A DNA stretch of 64,000 nucleotides from an uncultured Gammaproteobacteria bacterium (GTDB lineage Bacteria; Patescibacteriota; Patescibacteriia; VMEV01; CAZAJQ01): assembly GCA_964485795.1 (NCBI GenBank), contig CAZAJQ010000001.1, positions 142,014 through 206,013 on the forward strand. The letters are read 5' to 3'. Under the pieces are notes generated by a model, which saw only the letters and a list, made by a program, of their open reading frames with translations, was not told where the DNA came from and did not search any database. Positions within the stretch are counted from its first letter, which is position 1. Each line of letters starts with the position of its first letter. A program made the position numbers and the translations under genes. Below are positions 44,518 through 53,111 of the stretch, piece by piece.

Positions 44518-47211
44518 CTAAGTCGTTGGAGGATTGCCCATCTGGCCCCCCCCTTTTTTCTGCATAGGTTTCCGTACCTTTCGCTGATTCGCTTCTCGCT
44601 CTTTTCTTCTCTCAGACTTGGTATGAACATTTTTAAACTCCTCAACAAAAGCATCAATATTTGCTTTCTGACCTTGAGTCAAGTTGTCATATCCCCCTTC
44701 CCCGGTAATATGGCCCTTATCATCAAAGGTCGCATGTTTTCCAAGTTCATTTTTGAGAAGCCTTTCACCGTCCGGCTTTTTCATGATCTCAAGAAGCTTA
44801 TTGGTGATATAAGAATTCAGCTTTGGAATATCACCCGAATTCGCCCATGTGGTGCCGAATTTTTGCAGTCCCATGGTAAACTCCATCTTAATTTTTGCAT
44901 TATAGGCAGAACGTTCATAGGCATTATCTCTCGAGTATCCGGTAATTTGCCTCCGCGTATCCAGCTTCTCCTTATCCGAAATCGCCTTATTGATGCGTTC
45001 CTGATCAGTGGAAAATCGCAGCTTTTTTTCCTTCATGTCATAAACCGTAATGCCGGATAAGGTCGGAAATTTATCAGCCATATTATCAAGCATTTGTGCG
45101 ACTTCCGCGGCCTTGTGTTCATCGCCGTGAAATAAATGTTTGAGCACCGTTTCAGCATTTGACATATTGTCCGCAACTCCATATATTCTTTTTCCATCCT
45201 CTTTTTCAACTCCATTTTCATCTTTCTCTCTCTGTATATATTCCTTCTTAGCGTCATCCTCTAAGCTGTCAAATACATCTGCATCCATTATAGTTCCATT
45301 ATCATGTATATATTGACCCGCATCATTTTTCCTATATTTCGGATCCATTTTGAGGTTTTGCCCCTCCGGTAAGTGTGCATTGACCTGAGCTATAAAATCC
45401 GGAGTCATATCCTTGAGAAAATCGTTAAAATCTCCCTTTTGCGTCATGGCCGCCAACAAAGCTTGTATTTCCAATTCCTTACCGCTGCCAGCAGTAAAAT
45501 CAGGATTCAAATATTCGTACAGCTTGGCCATGAAACGCGGGGCTTCATTTCCTTCCTTTTTCATTTTATCCATTTTTTCAACCAATTCACGACGTTCAGT
45601 CTCTTCACGCTTCCCGAGATCTTCCGGAATTTCCGGCAACCCGATCTTTTGAGTCTGTTTATTGATCCCGCGTATCGCATTATAAAAAACATCCTGCACA
45701 GCCTCTTCCTGATGCTTGGTCATCTCATGCGATACATGATCCCAAACCGCTTTTGCGGCGGCGGGTATAGCGGGTAGCTTTTGAACGCCTCTGCCGACCC
45801 ATGAGGTATAATCTCCCGCGCCCTCCACCGCTTTTCCGAGCCCTCCCGTCCATCCTTCACGCTCCGAACCAAGAATTTTCCCCGCCTTCTCCAGCCCCCC
45901 ACCAACGGCTCTCAAGCCGACTCCGTACATCCGCCCCCCCCACTTCATGGAGCTGAGCGCCAGCTTGCCGCTCGTGATGCTTTCCGCCAGCTTCCCTGCC
46001 CATTGACCTCCGGCCACACCCAGTTCGCCGGTGATCATGAGCCCCGCCACGAGCATGCCGATACCGACGATAAAGGTGGTTAAAGTGTTTGAGTTCAACT
46101 TCGTCAATCCTTGCCCGCCTTGCGGATCATCCTTGGGTTGAAAAGCCGTTCCTCCGTATCCTTCGGTTCTTGTTATCGTCGTGATGGAAAGCCATAGAAA
46201 AAAAGCGAGTACCGGCCCCACGATAAGATACTTGGTGAACATATCCCACCATTTTTTCCCGTACGATTCCCCGCCGGGGATCACCGATAAGACGTACGGC
46301 AAGGGTGACAAAGCCACGAGCAACCACAACATGATGACACGCATGACCAGCACGCCGATGATCACCAACACCAGCCAAAACAAAATAAAAGATGTAAAAA
46401 GAGTGCCAAAAAGAGCGAATAGAGTCGCTGCGATAAAATTGGCGGCTGCTCCGGGAGCCGATCCTACTGCTGGTTCAAAACCATCATTGGAGACCTTCAT
46501 ATCCGAAATGAGAGATATCAAATGAGACGGCCACTTCGGCCCCAGAACATTCAAAAATGTGAGCATGATAACTTGAGAAATGTCAATGAAGAATCCGGCT
46601 ATGGTTCGAGAAAAATTCACGAGTATCGCCATCAAGATAAGCTTCGGCAACATTTTTTTGTAATTGTACGCTTCAATGCGAAGTATGGTGCTGAAGGCGA
46701 TAATCAAAAGCGCCACGACAAAAAAACTGTTCGCCACGTCTCTCGCGGCGATCCAGCCGAGCGTTACGGCCGTGGAAGATAAAAAATCGTTGTATGAGGC
46801 AACGGTTGTCAGCACGGGAATCAAAAGGTTTGACAACGCGCCTCCTATCAAACGAGTCACCACCCATATGAGCCAACCGAAAATGGTCAATACCACATTA
46901 GCGATCGAACCGAGCTGCGCATGACCGGCGAACGGCACAAACAAAAACACCATCGCAAAAAAACCTACGATGATGGAGTGTTTTGAATTCAAAATCTTTG
47001 GTATCCGAAACAATCGCGAAAACAGAAGTGACATGCGAATATTCCACGCAAAAAGCACTTCAAAAAGTATTTCATGGAAGCGACGGAACATAATCCCTGC
47101 GTTTTTGTTTGAAGAAAACTTCCGAATGAAGAAAAAAATCTCACCACGAGAGAGGAAGATGAAATAATAATACCATAAGACCGCGTTCATGCCATAGCTT
47201 TGCGGCAACAC
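44518..47211 (-). CDS. large polytopic membrane protein, VirB6/TrbL-like candidate, with a charged C-terminal domain
   Basis: Signal-like N-terminus, at least eight hydrophobic helices in the first 450 aa, and a K/E-rich C-terminal approximately 400 aa. Heads the minus-strand operon that contains VirB3/VirB4. The family assignment comes from topology and context only. Confidence 0.45.
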   Translation of the reverse strand: MLPQSYGMNAVLWYYYFIFLSRGEIFFFIRKFSSNKNAGIMFRRFHEILFEVLFAWNIRMSLLFSRLFRIPKILNSKHSIIVGFFAMVFLFVPFAGHAQLGSIANVVLTIFGWLIWVVTRLIGGALSNLLIPVLTTVASYNDFLSSTAVTLGWIAARDVANSFFVVALLIIAFSTILRIEAYNYKKMLPKLILMAILVNFSRTIAGFFIDISQVIMLTFLNVLGPKWPSHLISLISDMKVSNDGFEPAVGSAPGAAANFIAATLFALFGTLFTSFILFWLVLVIIGVLVMRVIMLWLLVALSPLPYVLSVIPGGESYGKKWWDMFTKYLIVGPVLAFFLWLSITTITRTEGYGGTAFQPKDDPQGGQGLTKLNSNTLTTFIVGIGMLVAGLMITGELGVAGGQWAGKLAESITSGKLALSSMKWGGRMYGVGLRAVGGGLEKAGKILGSEREGWTGGLGKAVEGAGDYTSWVGRGVQKLPAIPAAAKAVWDHVSHEMTKHQEEAVQDVFYNAIRGINKQTQKIGLPEIPEDLGKREETERRELVEKMDKMKKEGNEAPRFMAKLYEYLNPDFTAGSGKELEIQALLAAMTQKGDFNDFLKDMTPDFIAQVNAHLPEGQNLKMDPKYRKNDAGQYIHDNGTIMDADVFDSLEDDAKKEYIQREKDENGVEKEDGKRIYGVADNMSNAETVLKHLFHGDEHKAAEVAQMLDNMADKFPTLSGITVYDMKEKKLRFSTDQERINKAISDKEKLDTRRQITGYSRDNAYERSAYNAKIKMEFTMGLQKFGTTWANSGDIPKLNSYITNKLLEIMKKPDGERLLKNELGKHATFDDKGHITGEGGYDNLTQGQKANIDAFVEEFKNVHTKSERRKEREANQRKVRKPMQKKGGGQMGNPPTT

Positions 47212-47280
47212 CAGAAGCGACGCATCAAATCTCTATGAAGACTTTTAAAAAAATATCAAAAGTTGATCTCATAAAAAGCG

Positions 47281-48714
47281 TTATATCAACAAGAAGTAGT
47301 CTAACGGAACTTTGACCACATTGGCGTCATCCAGTAAAGTGAGCGAATTTTTGCAGATCACGACGCCATACTTGGCCGATCCGACTTTCTTCATAGATTT
47401 TCTTACCTGAGTGCCAAGCTTTTCACCCACACCCACTTCAATCGGAATAATGCTCTTCCCTGCGACAGTGAGTATAAAATCCGCGCCGGCTTTTGAGCTG
47501 TCGTAATTCAAAGCACCTCGGCTATTGGCGACGTATTCCCGATACAAGGTCATCGCGACGATATCTTCCATAAGACGGCCTTTCTGTCCCGCGAAAATTT
47601 GCTCATTGCCCGCGATGGAAAGAAATGCCGAACGGAATGCGCTAGACATGAATTGGTAACGAGACGGCTTCCTAACTTTTTTGGCGTTTGAGCCGTATGG
47701 CATCACACGTATGAGCAATTCGGTCTGCTCCAATACTTCAAGAATATTGGAAACGGTGTTGACGCTCGTCTCAAGCGTTTTGGCGAGTTTCTGAATACTC
47801 ACTACGTCAGACTCCGCCAACAAAAACAATACCCTTTTGATATGAATGAGAGTCGAGGCATCAAAACGACCAAGATTTTGTACGTCCTGATTAATTACTT
47901 TGTCCAAAAGCAAAGTGATCGTCTGATAGACACGCGCTTCGTCTTTCATCCGGATGGCGAACGGCAAAGTGCCGATTTTCAAATACTCATCGACATAATT
48001 GCGATCGATAGAAGCCCACGTACTTGCCACAATCGGCTCATGTTTTTTTAGCTTTTCATAAGCATCTCGAGCCGATTCGGCGCCAAATAATGCATCCTTT
48101 ATATTTTGCTTCAACCCCTTCGCAGGCAGTTTTCCATCGCGGATCATTAAAAATTCAGAGAAACTGGTCGGAAAAAGTTTTTGAAAAACGGATCTACGTA
48201 TCACATCAGGGTTGGTCTGCAGAGAAACAGCCGACGAACCACTGCACGCAATAAAAACTCTATTTGACCGGTCATATACAGACTTTAATACCGACGCCCA
48301 CCATGGATCGTATTGCGCTTCGTCTATAAATATAAAAATCGGCTTGGTGAGCTTTTCAAAGCTTTCACCGATTACCTTTTCGTATGCACTCAAGACATCC
48401 TTCAAAGACGAGCCGAGTACATTCACCACTTCATCCAGCGAAACGTAAAGCATTCTCCGATCATCGACGTCTTGGCGATGATTGAAAAAAAGCTGTGCCA
48501 GAATGGTGGTCTTACCGACACCGCGAAGTCCCGGAATTATGATCCAGCGATCTCGAGCGTTTGGGTTATGTAAAAAATCTCGAAAATATTTATCCATTTT
48601 GACATAAATATTCCTTTGCGGATATTTTTTACCCTGCTCATCATGGATGTAGGATTTAAGGCGAAAAGGGGCTTGAACAAGCTGGTTTTGTACATACTTG
48701 AGGATTTCTTCCAT
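47281..48714 (-). CDS. AAA+ ATPase with a C-terminal DUF4143-like domain
   Basis: Walker A PGLRGVGKTT and Walker B IFIDEAQY. The overall architecture matches the widespread AAA_14/DUF4143 ATP-binding proteins. Confidence 0.8.
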   Translation of the reverse strand: MEEILKYVQNQLVQAPFRLKSYIHDEQGKKYPQRNIYVKMDKYFRDFLHNPNARDRWIIIPGLRGVGKTTILAQLFFNHRQDVDDRRMLYVSLDEVVNVLGSSLKDVLSAYEKVIGESFEKLTKPIFIFIDEAQYDPWWASVLKSVYDRSNRVFIACSGSSAVSLQTNPDVIRRSVFQKLFPTSFSEFLMIRDGKLPAKGLKQNIKDALFGAESARDAYEKLKKHEPIVASTWASIDRNYVDEYLKIGTLPFAIRMKDEARVYQTITLLLDKVINQDVQNLGRFDASTLIHIKRVLFLLAESDVVSIQKLAKTLETSVNTVSNILEVLEQTELLIRVMPYGSNAKKVRKPSRYQFMSSAFRSAFLSIAGNEQIFAGQKGRLMEDIVAMTLYREYVANSRGALNYDSSKAGADFILTVAGKSIIPIEVGVGEKLGTQVRKSMKKVGSAKYGVVICKNSLTLLDDANVVKVPLDYFLLI

Positions 48715-48735
48715 ATTTTTTATATACTTTCAAAA

Positions 48736-48760
48736 TACATAGTATTGATATTTACTATGT
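48736..48760. promoter_or_regulatory. inverted repeat ACATAGTA-N9-TACTATGT in the divergent promoter region between the AAA+ ATPase gene and recQ-2
   Basis: Perfect 8 bp arms in an AT-rich divergent intergenic region. A candidate operator; no function is known. Confidence 0.25.
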
Positions 48761-49025
48761 TAATCTATTAACACAGAGATGTCAAACACGCTTTTTTTGC
48801 CTGTAGTTAAGGCTTTTTCAGAGCATTTACTAAACAGATTTAAAACATTTTCATAATTTTGCAGCGCCGAAAAACTTTTCTCTCCTCTCTGACATATCAT
48901 TCCCCATATAATAAAATTCAAGATAAAAAAATAAGCGAGTCACGTGAGGTTTCTCTTCGCATCTGATACAATAAGGCAACATTCTCTTTTCCCTTCATGT
49001 ATGAAGATTTGGAATGGAGGAATCT

Positions 49026-50801
49026 ATGCACACCGCCACAGTCAACGCCATTCCGAACACGACGCAAAAAAGCTCGCTGCTTGAGCTTCTTTCGCGTCAC
49101 TTCGGCTATACGATGTTTCGGCAAAACCAGCAAGATATCATCGAGAGCATCCTCGCGGGAAAAAACACGGCGGTGATCATGCCCACGGGTGCCGGGAAAT
49201 CCCTGTGTTATCAGCTTCCGGCCATGATTTTGCCGCATCTCACCGTCGTCGTTTCTCCCCTCATCTCGCTGATGAAGGATCAGGTGGACAGTCTCAACGC
49301 ACGGGGAAATCGATCGACGTTTATCAACAGTTCCCTTTCGTATGCCGAACAAACGGCTCGACTCGACGCGACTCGGAGCGGATCGTTCAAGCTTCTCTAT
49401 GTCGCTCCCGAGCGATTCGGCAATCAAGAATTCCTCGCATCGCTCAAAACCATTCCCCTATCGCTTTTTGTGATCGACGAAGCGCATTGCATCTCCGAAT
49501 GGGGACATGATTTTCGCCCCTCCTATCTGCGGATCAAAGACGCCATCGGCGAACTGAAAACCGCGGGGCAGTCGTTTCCCGTCAGCGCATTGACGGCCAC
49601 CGCCACACCGGAAGTGAAGCGTGACATCATCAAACAGCTGGCTCTGGAAACCCCCCGCATCTTCGTGTCGGGATTTCGCCGCGACAATCTCCGGCTGGAA
49701 GTGAAGCGCACGTCGGCTTTCCAAAAAATCGATTATCTTCTGCCGGCTTTGCGAAGCGCGCAGGCCGACGGAAGCGCCATCATCTATGCCGGAACGCGAA
49801 AAAAAGTCGAGGAAACCGTCATGGTTTTGCGGGAATACGGCATACCAAGCGACGGATACCATGCCGGCATGGAAAACGAAGAACGAAAAAAAGTTCAAGA
49901 AGATTTTCTTACGGGAAAAACGAAGGTCATGGTGGCGACCAACGCTTTCGGCATGGGCATCGACAAGCCGGACATACGACTCGTCATACACCACGATATG
50001 CCCGGAACTCTCGAAAATTATTATCAGGAAATCGGACGCGCCGGTCGAGACGGGAAGCCGAGTCGATGCATCTTGCTCTCCAGCGCCGGAGATCGTTACC
50101 TGCGCGAATTTTTTCTTGCCGGAGAAAATCCCTCCCCTCAAACGATCAAAGAAGTGTACCATTTTCTCATCCGCGAACACAGCCGCCACAATCACGCTGC
50201 GACCGGCGAATCGACTCTCTACGTGACGGGCACGGACATAGCCGGCAGCGTATCCGATGAAATCAATGAAATGGCCATTTCCACGGCTCTCAAAATACTT
50301 GAAAAGGAAGGATATATCGAACGTCTCAGCGAAAAAGACAATCCCGCTTCCGCGACGCTACTCCGTCAACCCGAAGAAATCCTCGCGGCCGTCGGCAATC
50401 GCGCCAAAAAACAAATCGAAGCGATCCGCATTTTCGTCTCCAGCTACGGAGCGGCAAAAAGTCGAGAAATCCGATTTTCACTCGATGATGTCGCCTCACT
50501 CATGAACGTGAAAAAAAACTCCGTGCAAGCCGCGCTCAACGCCATGAAAAAAAATCATCTCATCGCGTATGAACCTCCCTTCCGAGGACGCGGCATCAAA
50601 ATGCTCAAAACCTCGGGGCTCAACATGAACTTTGAAGCTCTAGAAGAAAAACGCAAACGCGACTACGGCAAACTCGATCTCATGGAAGCCTACGCCCATC
50701 ACTCCGGCTGCCGGCACGCTTATATCCTCGAATATTTCGATGAAAAAAATATTCTGAGATCGTGCGGAAGCTGTGATAATTGTCTCATGAAATCGCTATG
50801 A
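49026..50801 (+). CDS. recQ: second RecQ-family helicase (helicase core plus RQC zinc/winged-helix region, no HRDC)
   Basis: MPTGAGKSLCYQLPA, VIDEAHCISEWGHDFRPSY, QEIGRAGRDG and a C-terminal Cys cluster (CRHAY...CGSCDNC). Start moved to the internal ATG 49026. Confidence 0.9.
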   Translation: MHTATVNAIPNTTQKSSLLELLSRHFGYTMFRQNQQDIIESILAGKNTAVIMPTGAGKSLCYQLPAMILPHLTVVVSPLISLMKDQVDSLNARGNRSTFINSSLSYAEQTARLDATRSGSFKLLYVAPERFGNQEFLASLKTIPLSLFVIDEAHCISEWGHDFRPSYLRIKDAIGELKTAGQSFPVSALTATATPEVKRDIIKQLALETPRIFVSGFRRDNLRLEVKRTSAFQKIDYLLPALRSAQADGSAIIYAGTRKKVEETVMVLREYGIPSDGYHAGMENEERKKVQEDFLTGKTKVMVATNAFGMGIDKPDIRLVIHHDMPGTLENYYQEIGRAGRDGKPSRCILLSSAGDRYLREFFLAGENPSPQTIKEVYHFLIREHSRHNHAATGESTLYVTGTDIAGSVSDEINEMAISTALKILEKEGYIERLSEKDNPASATLLRQPEEILAAVGNRAKKQIEAIRIFVSSYGAAKSREIRFSLDDVASLMNVKKNSVQAALNAMKKNHLIAYEPPFRGRGIKMLKTSGLNMNFEALEEKRKRDYGKLDLMEAYAHHSGCRHAYILEYFDEKNILRSCGSCDNCLMKSL

Positions 50802-51316
50802 ACCTCTCCACCACTCCGCTCGTATTTTTCGACATCGAGACCACCGGACTTTCTCCGAAAAACGAAGGAATCATCGAAATCGCCGGACAAAAAGTCCTCG
50901 ACGGGGTGATCATCGGGAAATATGAAAACTTCGTGAATCCCGGGATACCGATATCGTCGGGAGCCGAGGCCGTGCACGGCATTTCCAATGATTTTATCGA
51001 AAAAAACGGCATTCCCGTCGAAGTCGTGATACCGGAATTTTTGACGTTTTGCCGGGATTCCGTGCTCGTGGGACACAATATCATAAAATTTGATTTTCCT
51101 TTCATAAAAAAACATGCCCACGGTTTGGGCATGACGCAAATCGACAATATGCTTCTGGACACTTTACTTCTCGCTCGAAGAACTTTGCGACTTCCTCGCT
51201 ACAATTTGGGAAGCATTGCATCGTATTTTGGCATCAGCTACGAAGGCGCCCACCGCGCCATGACGGACGTGAACATCACCAGGCAAGTGTTTTACAAATT
51301 GATGGGTAATCGCTGA
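50798..51316 (+). CDS. DnaQ-like 3'-5' exonuclease (DEDDh)
   Basis: Exo I FFDIETTGL, Exo II HNIIKFDFPF and Exo III HRAMTDV. The start overlaps the recQ-2 stop (ATGA). Confidence 0.8.
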   Translation: MNLSTTPLVFFDIETTGLSPKNEGIIEIAGQKVLDGVIIGKYENFVNPGIPISSGAEAVHGISNDFIEKNGIPVEVVIPEFLTFCRDSVLVGHNIIKFDFPFIKKHAHGLGMTQIDNMLLDTLLLARRTLRLPRYNLGSIASYFGISYEGAHRAMTDVNITRQVFYKLMGNR

Positions 51317-51347
51317 GTACTGAACACAAGTACTCAGTACTCAGTAC
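51313..51347 (+). repeat. heptamer (TACTCAG) repeat forming a 9 bp hairpin, overlapping the exonuclease stop codon
   Basis: CTGAGTACT GAACACA AGTACTCAG TACTCAGTACG. Confidence 0.7.
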
Positions 51348-51371
51348 GCTGGAATCATTATCCGCCACTTC

Positions 51372-53111
51372 TCACTCCAAAACGGACAACACGTCATTAC
51401 CCTCACCGCGGATATCCTCACCCGTGAAACGATCTTTGGCGATGATTGTGACGTCTTCTACAAGCGGAAAAGGTTTATTGACTTGCGAGACTTTTTCGGG
51501 AGAAAACTCCACTTCAAAGGCCAGTCCCACGCGCGAACCGAAATTCACGTTTGGGAGGCTCCAGACGAGTTGACGGCTTTGCGCGTCAAAACGAATCTCA
51601 CCCCCGCCGGCCTTGCTTTGCCCCGTAAAACTCACCTGCGGCACCAACGTCGAACTTACCGCGACATTTTCAATGTCATTGGGAAACGATTCAAGCTCAA
51701 AGAATATCCAATACTTGGTCTTTTTCCCGACCTCGGGAGGCAATGCGCCGCGCCCGAGCTGTTCTCCGTTCAGGCTGAAATATCGGGCATTCCCAAGGAT
51801 GCCGACCACACTGCTAAGCTTGAAAAAAATCGGCGTCGCCGGAATCTTCCACCGTGCGGGTTCTCCTTCCTTCGAATACGACACATGGCTTGAAAGCCCA
51901 ATCTCCTTTCCCGAAAATCGTAAAACCTCATCGGCTTTGAATGTTCCCGTATTCAAGGTGAACGCACCGGAAATTGTCTCGCCGACGGCCACATCTCGCA
52001 ATACAAACACTGATTTCGCCGCATCGCTTCGCAATGCGACACCTTCCGGCGTTTCAAAACTCATCAACGGATGGGAATCAAAAGAGATTTCAACGTTTTT
52101 CAGCGTTTTATTTTCATTGTTTCGCAAGGTAAAATTGAGAATTTGACTTTGACCGGAACTCAAAGTGCGAGTTTGCGGAAACAATTCAAACACCACGTTC
52201 GGATACCGTATGGGAACCGTAAAAACTTTTTCTTCCTGCTTTTGATTGCGGCCGTTTTCAAAAATCAAGCTTTGAAAAATAAACTGTTTTTCTTTATCGC
52301 CTTGGGCGTCCATGCGACCCCGTATGCGAATTTCACCTTTTTCGCGCTGATCAAGCGCGTCGATGATCCATCCTTCATCCGTGAGAAGCGGCTCGGAATG
52401 CAACACTTCAAAGGCCGGCGGGAAAACGGGGAAAATGCGGAAATTTTTTTGCGAAAATTGAGACGAAGTGTTTTCATAGCCGATGGAAATGTCAAACTCC
52501 TGCTTATCCACCAATTCCGAAGGCATGTTCACGTCAAAGGAAAACACGGAAGACGTCAGAGAAAAAATGACGAAGAAAAGTTTTTTTTCAAAATGAATGG
52601 AGCGCGGATCGGTTTTGTAATTCAAAAAAGCTCGCAAATGCTGATCCTTGCCGACATCGCCGATCATTTTCCCGGAAATCGTGAATTGCCCTCGCTGCCC
52701 GGGATCAAGCGTTCCGAGAGGGTAGCTGTTTTTTTCGCCGATAACCGATTCCGGCGCGGAGCGAATCGAAGTAAAGCCTTCAGGAAATAAAAATTCAATA
52801 AACGCGTCATGCAAGATCGTATCGGCGTTTTCATTGGCATATGAAACTTCAAACGCCACTTCTCCCCCGCTTTGCGCTTCGGAGGTCAAAAGTCGCAAGG
52901 ACGCATCCACGCGCTCGGCCACGAGAGCCCGGCCGTACCAGCCGAAAAGAAAAACGATAAACGCCGACAACAGCACGATGATGGTCAATAAAAAAACATC
53001 CGCAAAAAGATGCTTGGATCCGTGGATGTGATCCGGATGATAATGCCGATGATATCTTTTTTTGAAGTAGGCTTTCGAAAATGCAAACATAAAAAATAAT
53101 CTTTCTCTCAC
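51372..53111 (-). CDS. hypothetical membrane-anchored extracellular protein (579 aa)
   Basis: Basic N-terminus, one transmembrane helix (VFLLTIIVLLSAFIVFLFGWY), then beta-rich repeats. No catalytic motif. Confidence 0.5.
   Translation of the reverse strand: MRERLFFMFAFSKAYFKKRYHRHYHPDHIHGSKHLFADVFLLTIIVLLSAFIVFLFGWYGRALVAERVDASLRLLTSEAQSGGEVAFEVSYANENADTILHDAFIEFLFPEGFTSIRSAPESVIGEKNSYPLGTLDPGQRGQFTISGKMIGDVGKDQHLRAFLNYKTDPRSIHFEKKLFFVIFSLTSSVFSFDVNMPSELVDKQEFDISIGYENTSSQFSQKNFRIFPVFPPAFEVLHSEPLLTDEGWIIDALDQREKGEIRIRGRMDAQGDKEKQFIFQSLIFENGRNQKQEEKVFTVPIRYPNVVFELFPQTRTLSSGQSQILNFTLRNNENKTLKNVEISFDSHPLMSFETPEGVALRSDAAKSVFVLRDVAVGETISGAFTLNTGTFKADEVLRFSGKEIGLSSHVSYSKEGEPARWKIPATPIFFKLSSVVGILGNARYFSLNGEQLGRGALPPEVGKKTKYWIFFELESFPNDIENVAVSSTLVPQVSFTGQSKAGGGEIRFDAQSRQLVWSLPNVNFGSRVGLAFEVEFSPEKVSQVNKPFPLVEDVTIIAKDRFTGEDIRGEGNDVLSVLE

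Noticed and set aside
36515-47300. Integrative conjugative element inserted at tRNA-Asp
   Set aside because: No integrase, relaxase or VirD4 is present, and no direct repeat of the tRNA 3' end was found in the window. The T4SS-like genes may be chromosomal, or the remaining ICE parts lie outside the window. This cannot be decided from the sequence here.
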